Assembly: GCA_035540975.1 (NCBI GenBank)
Contig: DATLFN010000005.1
Span: 9,599 to 73,598, forward strand
Source: Acidimicrobiales bacterium
Lineage (GTDB): Bacteria > Actinomycetota > Acidimicrobiia > Acidimicrobiales > GCA-2861595
Direction: 5' to 3'
DNA length: 64,000 nt
Shown: positions 8,647 through 16,524 of the stretch, one piece after another
Position numbering within the stretch: the stretch's first letter is position 1
Layout of the letters: each line of letters opens with the position of its first letter
Translations under genes and position numbers: made by a program
The notes under the pieces: model-generated
Seen by the model: the letters and a program-made list of their open reading frames with translations, nothing else
What the model was told of the DNA's origin: nothing
The model's database searches: none

Positions 8647-9867
8647 TCACCGGCACGCCACGAGGGTGCCGGCGGTGAGGTCGTCGCACAGCCGGTGCAG
8701 GCGGCCGGCCGCCTCCGACCACGTGTAGTCGAGGGCACGCACGGCGGCCCGGCCGGCCAAGTCGCCGGCCAGCCTGGGGTGGTGGAGCAGCTCGGCCGTG
8801 AAGGCCGCGAAGTCGCCCGGGTCGCGGCCGTCGACCAGGAAGCCGGTGCGGCCGTGGTCGACGAGGGTGCGCAGGCCGCCCACCGCCGACGCGACCACGG
8901 GGGTCCCGCACGCCGCCGCCTCCAGCGCCACCAGCCCGAACGACTCGGAGCGGCTCGGCACCAGGCACACGTCGGCGGCCCGGTAGTACGTGGACAGGAG
9001 CTCGTGGGGCTGCGGTGCGACCGTCCTGACCCTCCCCTCCAGGCCCAGGTCGGCCGCCAGCGCGGCGATGCGCTGCACCTCGGCGGCGCCCGCGCGCCCG
9101 CTGGGCCCGCCGACGACGACCAGGAACGAGTCGGGGAACGACGGCCTCAGCTGGGCCAGGGCCCGCACCGCGACGTCGAGACCCTTGAGGGGCTGGATGC
9201 GGCCCACGAACAGCAGCATGGGGCCGCCCCCCTCCAGGCCGAGGGCCCGGCGGGCCTGGGGCCGGTGGCCGGGCGAGAAGAAGGCGTGGTCCACCCCGGG
9301 CGCCACGATCTCGATGCGGTCGGGGTCGGCGTGGTAGAGGGAGGCGATCTGCTCGGCCTCGACGGTGCAGGAGGCGAGGACGGCGTCGGAACAGCCCATG
9401 ACCTCGAGCTCGGCCTTGGCCCGCCGGGCCGGGTCCTGGTCGCCCTCCGCCTTGACCCGCGAGAGCGTGTGGAACGTCGACACCAACGGGAGGTCGAGCC
9501 GGTGCTTCAGGGCGTGGCCCACCAGCCCCGACAGCCAGTAGTTGGCGGAGATGGCGTCGGCCGGGTGGCCCCGCCGGACGCGGGTGAGGACCCCGTCGGT
9601 GAACTCCTCGACCAGGCCGGGCAGGTCCTCCTTGGGCACGGCGGCGAGCGGGCCGGCGGCGACGTGGTGCACGCGCAGCCCGGGCTCCACGTCGACGACG
9701 GCCGGTTGGGCCGGCCCCTCGGCGCGCGTGTACACGTCGCACTCCACGTCCTGGCGGGCCAGCGCGGCGGAGAGCTGGCGCACGTAGACGTTCATGCCGC
9801 CGCCGTCGCCCGTGCCCGCCTGGGCCAGCGGCGAGGTGTGCATGGAGAGGACGGCGAGTCGACGCAT
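8647..9867 (-). CDS. mshA: D-inositol-3-phosphate glycosyltransferase (mycothiol biosynthesis)
   Basis: The N-terminus MRRLAVLSMHTSPLAQAGTGDGGGMNVYV is the MshA signature. The GT4 C-terminus reads PSRSESFGLVALEAAACGTPVVA. Confidence 0.88.
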   Translation of the reverse strand: MRRLAVLSMHTSPLAQAGTGDGGGMNVYVRQLSAALARQDVECDVYTRAEGPAQPAVVDVEPGLRVHHVAAGPLAAVPKEDLPGLVEEFTDGVLTRVRRGHPADAISANYWLSGLVGHALKHRLDLPLVSTFHTLSRVKAEGDQDPARRAKAELEVMGCSDAVLASCTVEAEQIASLYHADPDRIEIVAPGVDHAFFSPGHRPQARRALGLEGGGPMLLFVGRIQPLKGLDVAVRALAQLRPSFPDSFLVVVGGPSGRAGAAEVQRIAALAADLGLEGRVRTVAPQPHELLSTYYRAADVCLVPSRSESFGLVALEAAACGTPVVASAVGGLRTLVDHGRTGFLVDGRDPGDFAAFTAELLHHPRLAGDLAGRAAVRALDYTWSEAAGRLHRLCDDLTAGTLVACR

Positions 9868-9934
9868 GGATCAGCGTCAACCCTAGGCGGGGCCCGCCTC
9901 TTCCCTCACCCCGGCCCCACCGCCGCCGGTCCTG

Positions 9935-10477
9935 CTATTCGAGCAGGGACTCCGGGCTGGCCTCACCGGTCTTGTAGCGGCGGACCACCTCGGCCTGGAT
10001 GAGGTCCAGGCGCTCGTGGAGGGCCCGGCGGTCGCTCGACACGCGGCGCTCGAGGGCCTCCAATCGCTCGGCCAGCCGGCGGACCTCGGACTCGTCCATC
10101 TCGGCCAGCAGGGCGGCGCGGCCGACGTCGAAGATCCTGTCCAGATCGGCGGTGAGCATGCGGTGGTTGACGTCGGGCAGATCGACGCTGACCAGGCGAC
10201 CGGTGGTCGTGCGGGCCCCGCCCTCGGCCAGGATCTCGGGCAGGTGCTCGATGATCTCCGACAGCTCGCCGGTGCCACCATCGGCCCGGCGGGCGAGCTC
10301 GGTGCGCACGATGTCGAGGCGGACGCCCACCAGGCGGCGCAGGTACGACAGCGCGCCCTCGGCCCGGCTGCACTCCGCCTTCTTGGCCCGGACCTCCGCC
10401 ATGGGCATGGTGGACAGCCCCTCCAGGTAATCGTCCGCCACCAGGCGTTCGAGGTCGAGCCCGTCCATGGGAGGCAT
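9935..10477 (-). CDS. RsiG-like coiled-coil protein (anti-sigma / c-di-GMP-binding family, tentative)
   Basis: Two long helices each carry E-x3-S-x2-R-x3-[G/H]-x3-D: EGALSYLRRLVGVRLD and ERRVSSDRRALHERLD. Overall similarity to actinobacterial proteins annotated as 'aerial mycelium formation' is recalled from memory, not searched. Confidence 0.45.
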   Translation of the reverse strand: MPPMDGLDLERLVADDYLEGLSTMPMAEVRAKKAECSRAEGALSYLRRLVGVRLDIVRTELARRADGGTGELSEIIEHLPEILAEGGARTTTGRLVSVDLPDVNHRMLTADLDRIFDVGRAALLAEMDESEVRRLAERLEALERRVSSDRRALHERLDLIQAEVVRRYKTGEASPESLLE

Positions 10478-10500
10478 GGTAACCCCGGCACCCGCCGTCC

Positions 10501-10914
10501 TCACCGAAGGCGGCCGGCCCGCTCCCGCGGGCCGTAGCGGTACACCACCCGGCCCCACACCGACGGCACCGGCCCGAACGTGCGGCTGTCGGTGCTGGCG
10601 TCGGGCGCGTCACCGACCACGCTCACCGCGCCGGGCGCCACCGCGGCGACCCGCTTCACGAGTGTGCGCGCCGCCAGCCGGGGGTCGGCCAGCACGACGA
10701 GGTCGCCCGGCCGGGGGCGGCGGCAGCGCACGGCCACGACGCGATCTCCCGGGACGAGCGTCGGCCGCATACTGTCGCCCTCGACCACCACCCGCCGGAA
10801 CGCGCCGAGCCCAGCGAGGGCGCCCACCAGGCAACCCGCTGTTGCAGCAAGAACCGTTCGGGTAGGAACGGCAGAGTTCCGTCGCCCACGAAGGAGGAGC
10901 ATCGTCATGCCCAT
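10501..10914 (-). CDS. sodX: Ni-SOD maturation protease (S26 signal-peptidase-like)
   Basis: An N-terminal TM is followed by VVEGDSMRPTLVPGDRVV...LVKRV...GDAPDASTDSRTFGPV (Ser/Lys peptidase motifs). The gene is divergent from sodN. The start lies among three ATGs at 10914, 10908 and 10902. Confidence 0.8.
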   Translation of the reverse strand: MGMTMLLLRGRRNSAVPTRTVLAATAGCLVGALAGLGAFRRVVVEGDSMRPTLVPGDRVVAVRCRRPRPGDLVVLADPRLAARTLVKRVAAVAPGAVSVVGDAPDASTDSRTFGPVPSVWGRVVYRYGPRERAGRLR

Positions 10915-11326
10915 TCTCGTCCGCCTGCTCGAGTTGGCCGACCGGGCCCGGCCGCCGCGCACGGCGTCGGCGCACTGTGACGTCCCGTGCGGCGTCTACG
11001 ACCCCGCCCAGGCGCGCATCGAGGCGGAGTCGGTCCAGAAGATCATCGAGAAGTACCACGCGTCGGACGACGAGGCCTTCCGGACGCGGTGCCTGTTCAT
11101 CAAGGAGCAGCGGGCCGATCTCGCCAAGCACCACCTGTGGGTGCTGTGGACCGACTACTTCAAGCCGGAGCACCTCCAGGAGCACCCCGACCTGCACGAC
11201 CTGTTCTGGAACGCCACCAAGCTGGCCGGCCAGGCCAAGCAGACCAGCGACCCGGCGGTCGCCGAGAAGCTGCTCGCCGCCATCGAGGAGATCGCCGCGA
11301 TCTTCTGGAAGACCAAGGGCAAGTAG
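10907..11326 (+). CDS. sodN: nickel-containing superoxide dismutase precursor
   Basis: GAAGGAGGA lies upstream of ATG 10907. A propeptide is followed by the Ni-hook HCDVPCGVYDP, then AQARIEAESV...HHLWVLWTDYFK. Confidence 0.95.
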   Translation: MPILVRLLELADRARPPRTASAHCDVPCGVYDPAQARIEAESVQKIIEKYHASDDEAFRTRCLFIKEQRADLAKHHLWVLWTDYFKPEHLQEHPDLHDLFWNATKLAGQAKQTSDPAVAEKLLAAIEEIAAIFWKTKGK

Positions 11327-11389
11327 CGCTCGCACCTCCGGCCTGCGAGGTAGGTTGCGCCCGACACGGGTGAGCGTGGGGGTGCGACG

Positions 11390-12121
11390 ATGGAGATCTT
11401 CTCGCAGGCCGGGGGCGAGATGCTGTCCCGCTGGGGGCACTACCTCTCCGGGGTGACCTGGATCGGCCTCCTCTACTACTTCAACTTCGTGCAGGTCCCG
11501 TCGTTCGCCGAGTTCGAGGCGGCCGGGCGCACCGAGGCCATTCGCAAGCTGGTCCCCCGGGCCCTGTGGTGGTTCCGGTTCGGGGCCATGTTCACCCTCC
11601 TCACCGGCGTCATGATCCTGGGCTTCCAGGACAACCTCACCGGCGGCGAGTACTTCAAGACCGCACCCGGCATCGCCATCTCGACCGGGATCCTCCTGGC
11701 CCTGGTCATGTTCGGCAACGTCTTCGGCGTCATCTGGCCGAACCAGAAGAGGGTCATCGCCAACGCCGAGCGGGTGGCCGCCGGCGGGGAGACCGACCCG
11801 GCGGCCGCGGTCGCCGGGCGCAGGGCCCTGCTCGCCTCGCGCACCAACGCCTTCCTGTCCATCCCGATGCTGTGGTTCATGGGCGTGACGTCGCACCTGG
11901 CCGCCCGCGAGTACGAGATCACCCCGGCCGGCGGCGAGCGGGGCCTGTACTGGCTGATCACGCTGGCCCTGGTCGTGGCGTTCGAGCTGAACGGCCTCGG
12001 CAAGATCGGCGGCCCGGGGCCCGGGCCCACCAAGGTGTACCTGGAGGAGCACCCGAAGACGATCATGGCCGGGTTCGGCCTGTGGCTGGTCTTCGTGGTC
12101 CTCTGGGAGGTGCTCTTCTAG
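11390..12121 (+). CDS. integral membrane protein resembling the membrane domain of urate hydroxylase PuuD
   Basis: WGHYLSGVTWIGLLYYFNFVQ plus about 6 TM segments. The match is at pattern level only. Confidence 0.4.
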   Translation: MEIFSQAGGEMLSRWGHYLSGVTWIGLLYYFNFVQVPSFAEFEAAGRTEAIRKLVPRALWWFRFGAMFTLLTGVMILGFQDNLTGGEYFKTAPGIAISTGILLALVMFGNVFGVIWPNQKRVIANAERVAAGGETDPAAAVAGRRALLASRTNAFLSIPMLWFMGVTSHLAAREYEITPAGGERGLYWLITLALVVAFELNGLGKIGGPGPGPTKVYLEEHPKTIMAGFGLWLVFVVLWEVLF

Positions 12122-12253
12122 GGCTTCGACGTCATTCGTTCGCTTCGCTCACTCCATTCGTCGAGTTGGATCGTGCTCCGGCGGGCCCGCGGAGCTGGCG
12201 CCGTCGGACCTTGCCGCGGCGAACGTTCTGCCCAGGGCACGAGGCGGAACTGA

Positions 12254-13123
12254 CTAGCCCCGGGTGGGCGACTCGAGCACCACGGCGGCGACGAGCGACC
12301 ACACCGGCGCGAGCACCAGCAGCGAGTCGAGCCGGCGCAGGGCCGGGACGCGCGCCCCGCGGTGGCCGAGCAGGGCCGACCCGACGTACGGGCCGATCGG
12401 GGCCAGCACGATGGCGAGCCCGCCGAGGACCCACGGGCTGGCTCCCCGGAACGGCGGCACCAGGACGGCAGCCACGCCCAGGGTGACCGCCGCGATGCTG
12501 GCCGCGCCGGCGGCCGGTCCCTCCCACGCGTTGCGGGCGCCGGTACCGACGACGTAGGCGCTGGCGTCGTGGACGGCGGCGAACACGAGGAGCACGAACA
12601 CGGCGGCGGCGCCGCGGTGGAGCAGGAGCACGGGGGAGGCGGCTGCCAGACCGACCGTCCCCGCGATCGCCAGCGTGAGGACGGGGTCGGCCCGCCGCTC
12701 GCCCGCCGCCGCCGCGCCGGCCACCACGAGGCCGACCACCACCACCGCGGTGCCGCCCACCGCCACCGGTCCGGCGGCGGCGGCCAGGACGAGGGCGGCG
12801 GCGGCGCCACCGGACACGGGCACGGCGGGCCGGGGCCGCACCCGCCAGGAGCGGGCGGCCTGCACGGCGGCCAGGCCGGCGCAACCGGCCATCAGGACGG
12901 CGAACGGCAGTCGTCCGGCGGCCAGCGCCAGCATCGACACCGCGAACCACACCACGCCGAGCCGGGCGTGGGGGCCGACCACCCGGGGCCGCACCTCCAG
13001 GGCGCGGACGCGCGCCAGCACGCCGGCGGCGCCGCCCGCCGGGTCGCCGTCGCGCGCCCGGAGGCGCCGCCGGGCGCCGGTGGCGCCGAGGGACCGCAGG
13101 CGCACGGTGCGGTCCGCCGTCAA
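12254..13123 (-). CDS. divergent phosphatidate cytidylyltransferase (CdsA) family membrane protein
   Basis: HDASAYVVGTG...NAWEG and the C-terminal GH..G....LRRLDSLLVLAPV resemble the CdsA motifs DxxAYxxG, TWEG and HGGxxDRxDS. The SPKKT-type lysines are not seen. The TTG start overlaps the upstream stop (TTGA). Confidence 0.5.
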   Translation of the reverse strand: MTADRTVRLRSLGATGARRRLRARDGDPAGGAAGVLARVRALEVRPRVVGPHARLGVVWFAVSMLALAAGRLPFAVLMAGCAGLAAVQAARSWRVRPRPAVPVSGGAAAALVLAAAAGPVAVGGTAVVVVGLVVAGAAAAGERRADPVLTLAIAGTVGLAAASPVLLLHRGAAAVFVLLVFAAVHDASAYVVGTGARNAWEGPAAGAASIAAVTLGVAAVLVPPFRGASPWVLGGLAIVLAPIGPYVGSALLGHRGARVPALRRLDSLLVLAPVWSLVAAVVLESPTRG

Positions 13124-13362
13124 CGGGAGCCGCCCGACACCGGCGGCAGCACCGCCACCTCGTCGCCGTCGGCGACGGCGTCGTCCTCGCCGGCGGGTGC
13201 CCCGTTCAGCCAGACCCGGCTGGCGGCCAGCACCTCGGCGAAGCGCTGGCCGTGGCGCGCCCTGGCCCGGGCGAGCACCTCGCCCACGGTGGCGCCCTCG
13301 ACGTCCTCCCGCCCCGTGCCGGCGGCCTCCCGGGCGGCGGCGAACAGCCTCAGCACGGGCAC
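13120..13362 (-). CDS. MoaD/ThiS-family ubiquitin-like sulfur-carrier protein
   Basis: From GTG 13362: VPVLRLFAAAREAAGT...VWLNGAPAGEDDAVADGDEVAVLPPVSGGSR. The beta-grasp carrier pattern has a C-terminal GG followed by two extra residues. Confidence 0.7.
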   Translation of the reverse strand: MPVLRLFAAAREAAGTGREDVEGATVGEVLARARARHGQRFAEVLAASRVWLNGAPAGEDDAVADGDEVAVLPPVSGGSR

Positions 13363-13376
13363 CGCCGGCCCCGCTC

Positions 13377-14225
13377 TCAGGCCGGGATCTCGGCCCGGCC
13401 GTTGGAGATGACCAGTTGGCCGCCGCTGTGGGCCTCGAAGGCGAACACCCGCCGGTTGCCGTCGACGCCCGCGTCGTAGACCGTCGTCGTCACGTCGGCG
13501 CCCGGGAAGACGGGCCGGGAGAAGCGCACGGCCAGGCGGCGCAGCCTGGTGGGGTCGCCCTCCGCACCCAGCGCGATCACGGCCTGTCCCGTCATGGCCA
13601 TGGTGCACAGGCCGTGCAGGATGATCCCCGGCAGCCCGACGGCGGTGGCGGCGGCGGGATCGGTGTGGATCGGGTTGTGGTCGCCCGACGCCTCGGCGTA
13701 GCGCAGCGTCTGGTCGTCGTCGACGTGGACGGTGTAGGTGCCGACCGGGCGTTCGCGCGCCTCCTTGGGGAACCCGTGCTCCGGCTTGTCGGGGCCGGCG
13801 CTGTCACCGTCGCTCATGCCGCGGATGAACATCGTCCCGTACTGCTCCAGCACGAGCGTCCCGCTGTGGTTGTCGCTGCTGAGGACCCGCACCGTGTACC
13901 GGGTGCCCGACCGGCTGACCCGCACGGCGTAGGCCTCCGCCGTGGTCACCAGCTCCTGGCCGGGCACGAGGGGCTGGTGGAAGTGCATGTCGTGCTCACC
14001 GTGGACGATGCGGGCATACCACTCGGGCGACACGAGGTCGTGCAGCGGAGCGCTCATCGACTCCCACGACGGGACGACGCCGAACACGGGCGGGGCGACC
14101 AGCCCCGACGCGTACACGGGGTTGGCATCGTTCGTGGCCTCCGCGTAGGCCAGGGCGCGCACCGGGTCGACCTTCTCGACCCGCTCGCCGTAGGTCGTCC
14201 CCAGCTTCTCGACGGCCAGTGCCAT
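13377..14225 (-). CDS. double hot-dog MaoC-like (R)-specific enoyl-CoA hydratase/dehydratase
   Basis: From ATG 14225 there are two hot-dog halves. The second contains YAEASGDHNPIHTDPAAA. Confidence 0.8.
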   Translation of the reverse strand: MALAVEKLGTTYGERVEKVDPVRALAYAEATNDANPVYASGLVAPPVFGVVPSWESMSAPLHDLVSPEWYARIVHGEHDMHFHQPLVPGQELVTTAEAYAVRVSRSGTRYTVRVLSSDNHSGTLVLEQYGTMFIRGMSDGDSAGPDKPEHGFPKEARERPVGTYTVHVDDDQTLRYAEASGDHNPIHTDPAAATAVGLPGIILHGLCTMAMTGQAVIALGAEGDPTRLRRLAVRFSRPVFPGADVTTTVYDAGVDGNRRVFAFEAHSGGQLVISNGRAEIPA

Positions 14226-14342
14226 GGCGGCCACCGTACCGTGCGCCCTCTCTCCCGGGCGGGGCCCCATCCCCGCCCTCCTCGCCGAGGCGGGGCCCCC
14301 AACCCCAGCTGCCGCCGGCGGCGCCGGCCGTAGGCTGGCGGA

Positions 14343-14957
14343 ATGGGCCGGCTGCTGCTGATCCGCCACGCGCGCTCGACGTGGAACGCCGAGGGGCGCT
14401 GGCAGGGATGGGCCGACGCGCCGCTCCACCCCGGCGGCGAGGCCCAGGCCCGTGCCCTCGGCGCCGCGCTGGCCGCCACCGGCGAGCGCTTCGCGGGAGC
14501 CGTGTCGTCCGACCTGGAGCGCTCGGCGGCGACGGCGCGCATCGTCGCCGGCATGCTCGGTCTGAGCGAGGTGGAGGTGGAGCCGGACCTGCGGGAGCGG
14601 GACGTGGGCGACTGGAGCGGCCGCACCACCGAGGAGATCGAGCTGATCTGGCCGGGCGCCATCGACGCCTGGCGGGCCGGCCGCCTGGACCGGCCCCCCG
14701 GCGGGGAGCACGAGCCGTCGTTCCGGGCCCGGGTGGTGGGGGCCGTCGAACGGCTGGCGGCCCGGCCCGACGAGCCGCTCCTGGTCGTCACCCACGGCGG
14801 CGTGATCCGGGCCGTCGAGCGCCACCTCGGTGGCGACCCCCGGTCGACCGCCAACCTCTCGGGTCGCTGGCTCGACGCGGTCGACGGCGTCCTCACCCCC
14901 GGGGACGTGGTCTCGCTTCCCGTGGGCGAGGACGAGACCATCACCACGGCCCTGTAG
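14343..14957 (+). CDS. histidine phosphatase family protein (phosphoglycerate-mutase-like)
   Basis: LLLIRHARSTWNAEGRWQGWAD (RHG-type motif) ... VVTHGGVIRA. Confidence 0.85.
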   Translation: MGRLLLIRHARSTWNAEGRWQGWADAPLHPGGEAQARALGAALAATGERFAGAVSSDLERSAATARIVAGMLGLSEVEVEPDLRERDVGDWSGRTTEEIELIWPGAIDAWRAGRLDRPPGGEHEPSFRARVVGAVERLAARPDEPLLVVTHGGVIRAVERHLGGDPRSTANLSGRWLDAVDGVLTPGDVVSLPVGEDETITTAL

Positions 14958-15011
14958 TCGGGCCGCGACCGTCGCCCCCGGTGTCGCCGGGCGGCGCTAC
15001 CTTTCCGGCCC

Positions 15012-15488
15012 GTGGAGGTCGAGGTCATCCGCAGTCCGCGCCGGCGCAAGACGGTGCAGGCCCGGCAGGTGGGCGGCGTGCTCCAGGTGTCCATCCCGGC
15101 CACCATGTCGACGGCCGACGAGCAGCGCCACGTGGCCGAGATGGTCCGCCGCATGCGCCGGCGCACCGAGTCGTCGGTCGTCGACCTGGCGGGGCGCGCC
15201 GCCGCCCTGGGAGCCGCCCACGGGCTGGAGCGGCCGGCCTCGATCCGCTGGGTCGACAACCAGCTGTGGCGGTGGGGATCGTGCACCCCGGCCGACGGCA
15301 CCATCCGCATCTCCACCCGGCTCGCCGCCGAGCCCCCGTGGGTGCTCGACTACGTGATCGTGCACGAGCTCGCCCACCTCACCGTGGCCGGCCACGGCCC
15401 GAGGTTCTGGGCGCTGGTCGGGCGCTACCCGCTCGCCGAGCGGGCCCGCGGCTTCCTCATGGCCCGCGGCCTCGAGCACTCGGGGTGA
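15012..15488 (+). CDS. M48-like metal-dependent hydrolase (YgjP/DUF45 family)
   Basis: RWGSCTPADGTIRIS...LDYVIVHELAHL carries the HExxH motif. Confidence 0.8.
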   Translation: MEVEVIRSPRRRKTVQARQVGGVLQVSIPATMSTADEQRHVAEMVRRMRRRTESSVVDLAGRAAALGAAHGLERPASIRWVDNQLWRWGSCTPADGTIRISTRLAAEPPWVLDYVIVHELAHLTVAGHGPRFWALVGRYPLAERARGFLMARGLEHSG

Positions 15489-15495
15489 GCCAGCG

Positions 15496-15750
15496 GTGAC
15501 CACGAACAACGGCGACGGCAGCGGGCCGGTGCCGACCGAGCAGCCTGGCCCACCCGTCCCGCTGGTGCTGTCGATCGCCTTCGGCGTGCTCGGCTCCGTG
15601 CTGCTGGTCGCCGGCCTGGTCGGCGGGAGCCCCGGCCTGGCCGTCGGAGGGTTCGCCGCCGGGTCGCTGTCCCTCGGCGCCGCCCTCTACTGGCGCTCGC
15701 TGCTGATCAGCTCGTGGGCGGCGCAGAAGCGGGGCCGCCCTCCGGGCTGA
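15496..15750 (+). CDS. small membrane protein (hypothetical)
   Basis: 84 aa with two hydrophobic segments. It overlaps the convergent hydrolase gene end by 44 nt. Confidence 0.4.
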   Translation: MTTNNGDGSGPVPTEQPGPPVPLVLSIAFGVLGSVLLVAGLVGGSPGLAVGGFAAGSLSLGAALYWRSLLISSWAAQKRGRPPG

Positions 15751-16510
15751 CGCCGGGCGCCAGCCGCCGCTCCAGCTCGCCCAGCAACCGGGCGGCGAGC
15801 TCGGGCGTGAGCAGGTCACCGCCATGGCCGCCGCCGTGGTACCACCACAGCGCCTTGGGCTGCTCGGCCCAGTCGTGGATGGCCTGGGCGTGCTCGGGGC
15901 CGAAGTACCAGTCGTCGGGGTCGTGCACCACGAGGGTGAACGCGGGGGCGATGTTGGCGACCACCGACTGCGCCTCGGGCAGGTAGATGCAGTCGGGCCC
16001 CACCCGGGTGCGGAGGGCCGCCGCCAGGAACACCCGCCCGGTGCGGCCGCTCACCCAGCGGCGCACGCGGTGGGTGCCCATGCGGTCCAGCTCCCCGTGG
16101 GCGGGGGCGCTGATGCCGACCACGCCGGCCACCCCGCCGAAGGTGCCGGCGTGCATGAACACGGCGGCGCCGCCCAGGCTGGTGCCCACGGTGACGACCG
16201 GGGCCCCCGGCGTGGCGGCGGCGACGGCGGCGTCCACGTCGAGGGGCTCGTGGCGCCCCATCGAGCACCGCCCCGCCGACCGGCCGTGGCCCCGCAGGTC
16301 GGGGACGATGACCTCGGCCCGGGATGCCAGCAGGTGGGCGAAGCGGTGGATGCCGGGCGAGCGGGACGAGTTCACGAAGCCGTGCACGAGCACGATGGTG
16401 CACAGCGGGTCGGGCGGGCCAGTGACCCGCCAGGCGTTCAGGCGCACGCCGTCGGCGGTGGTGAGCGCGAGGCGCTGCTCCTCCCGGTACCGGGGAGGAG
16501 CGAGGTACAT
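15707..16510 (-). CDS. alpha/beta hydrolase
   Basis: From ATG 16510: IVLVHGFVNS...TVGTSLGGAA (GxSxG-type nucleophile elbow)...GGGHGGD. Confidence 0.8.
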   Translation of the reverse strand: MYLAPPRYREEQRLALTTADGVRLNAWRVTGPPDPLCTIVLVHGFVNSSRSPGIHRFAHLLASRAEVIVPDLRGHGRSAGRCSMGRHEPLDVDAAVAAATPGAPVVTVGTSLGGAAVFMHAGTFGGVAGVVGISAPAHGELDRMGTHRVRRWVSGRTGRVFLAAALRTRVGPDCIYLPEAQSVVANIAPAFTLVVHDPDDWYFGPEHAQAIHDWAEQPKALWWYHGGGHGGDLLTPELAARLLGELERRLAPGVSPEGGPASAPPTS

Positions 16511-16524
16511 GCGGTAATAGCGGG

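Noticed and set aside
10580-10906. The track ORF 10580..11326 implies an N-terminal extension of sodN.
   Set aside because: The extension is low-complexity and antisense to sodX. ATG 10907 has a strong SD and gives the expected short propeptide before the HCD Ni-hook.
11327-11389. A weak hairpin (CTCGCA-N10-TGCGAG) after sodN might be a terminator or small-RNA element.
   Set aside because: The stem is only 6 bp and there is no U-tract. This is insufficient evidence to call a terminator or an s-SodF-like sRNA from sequence alone.
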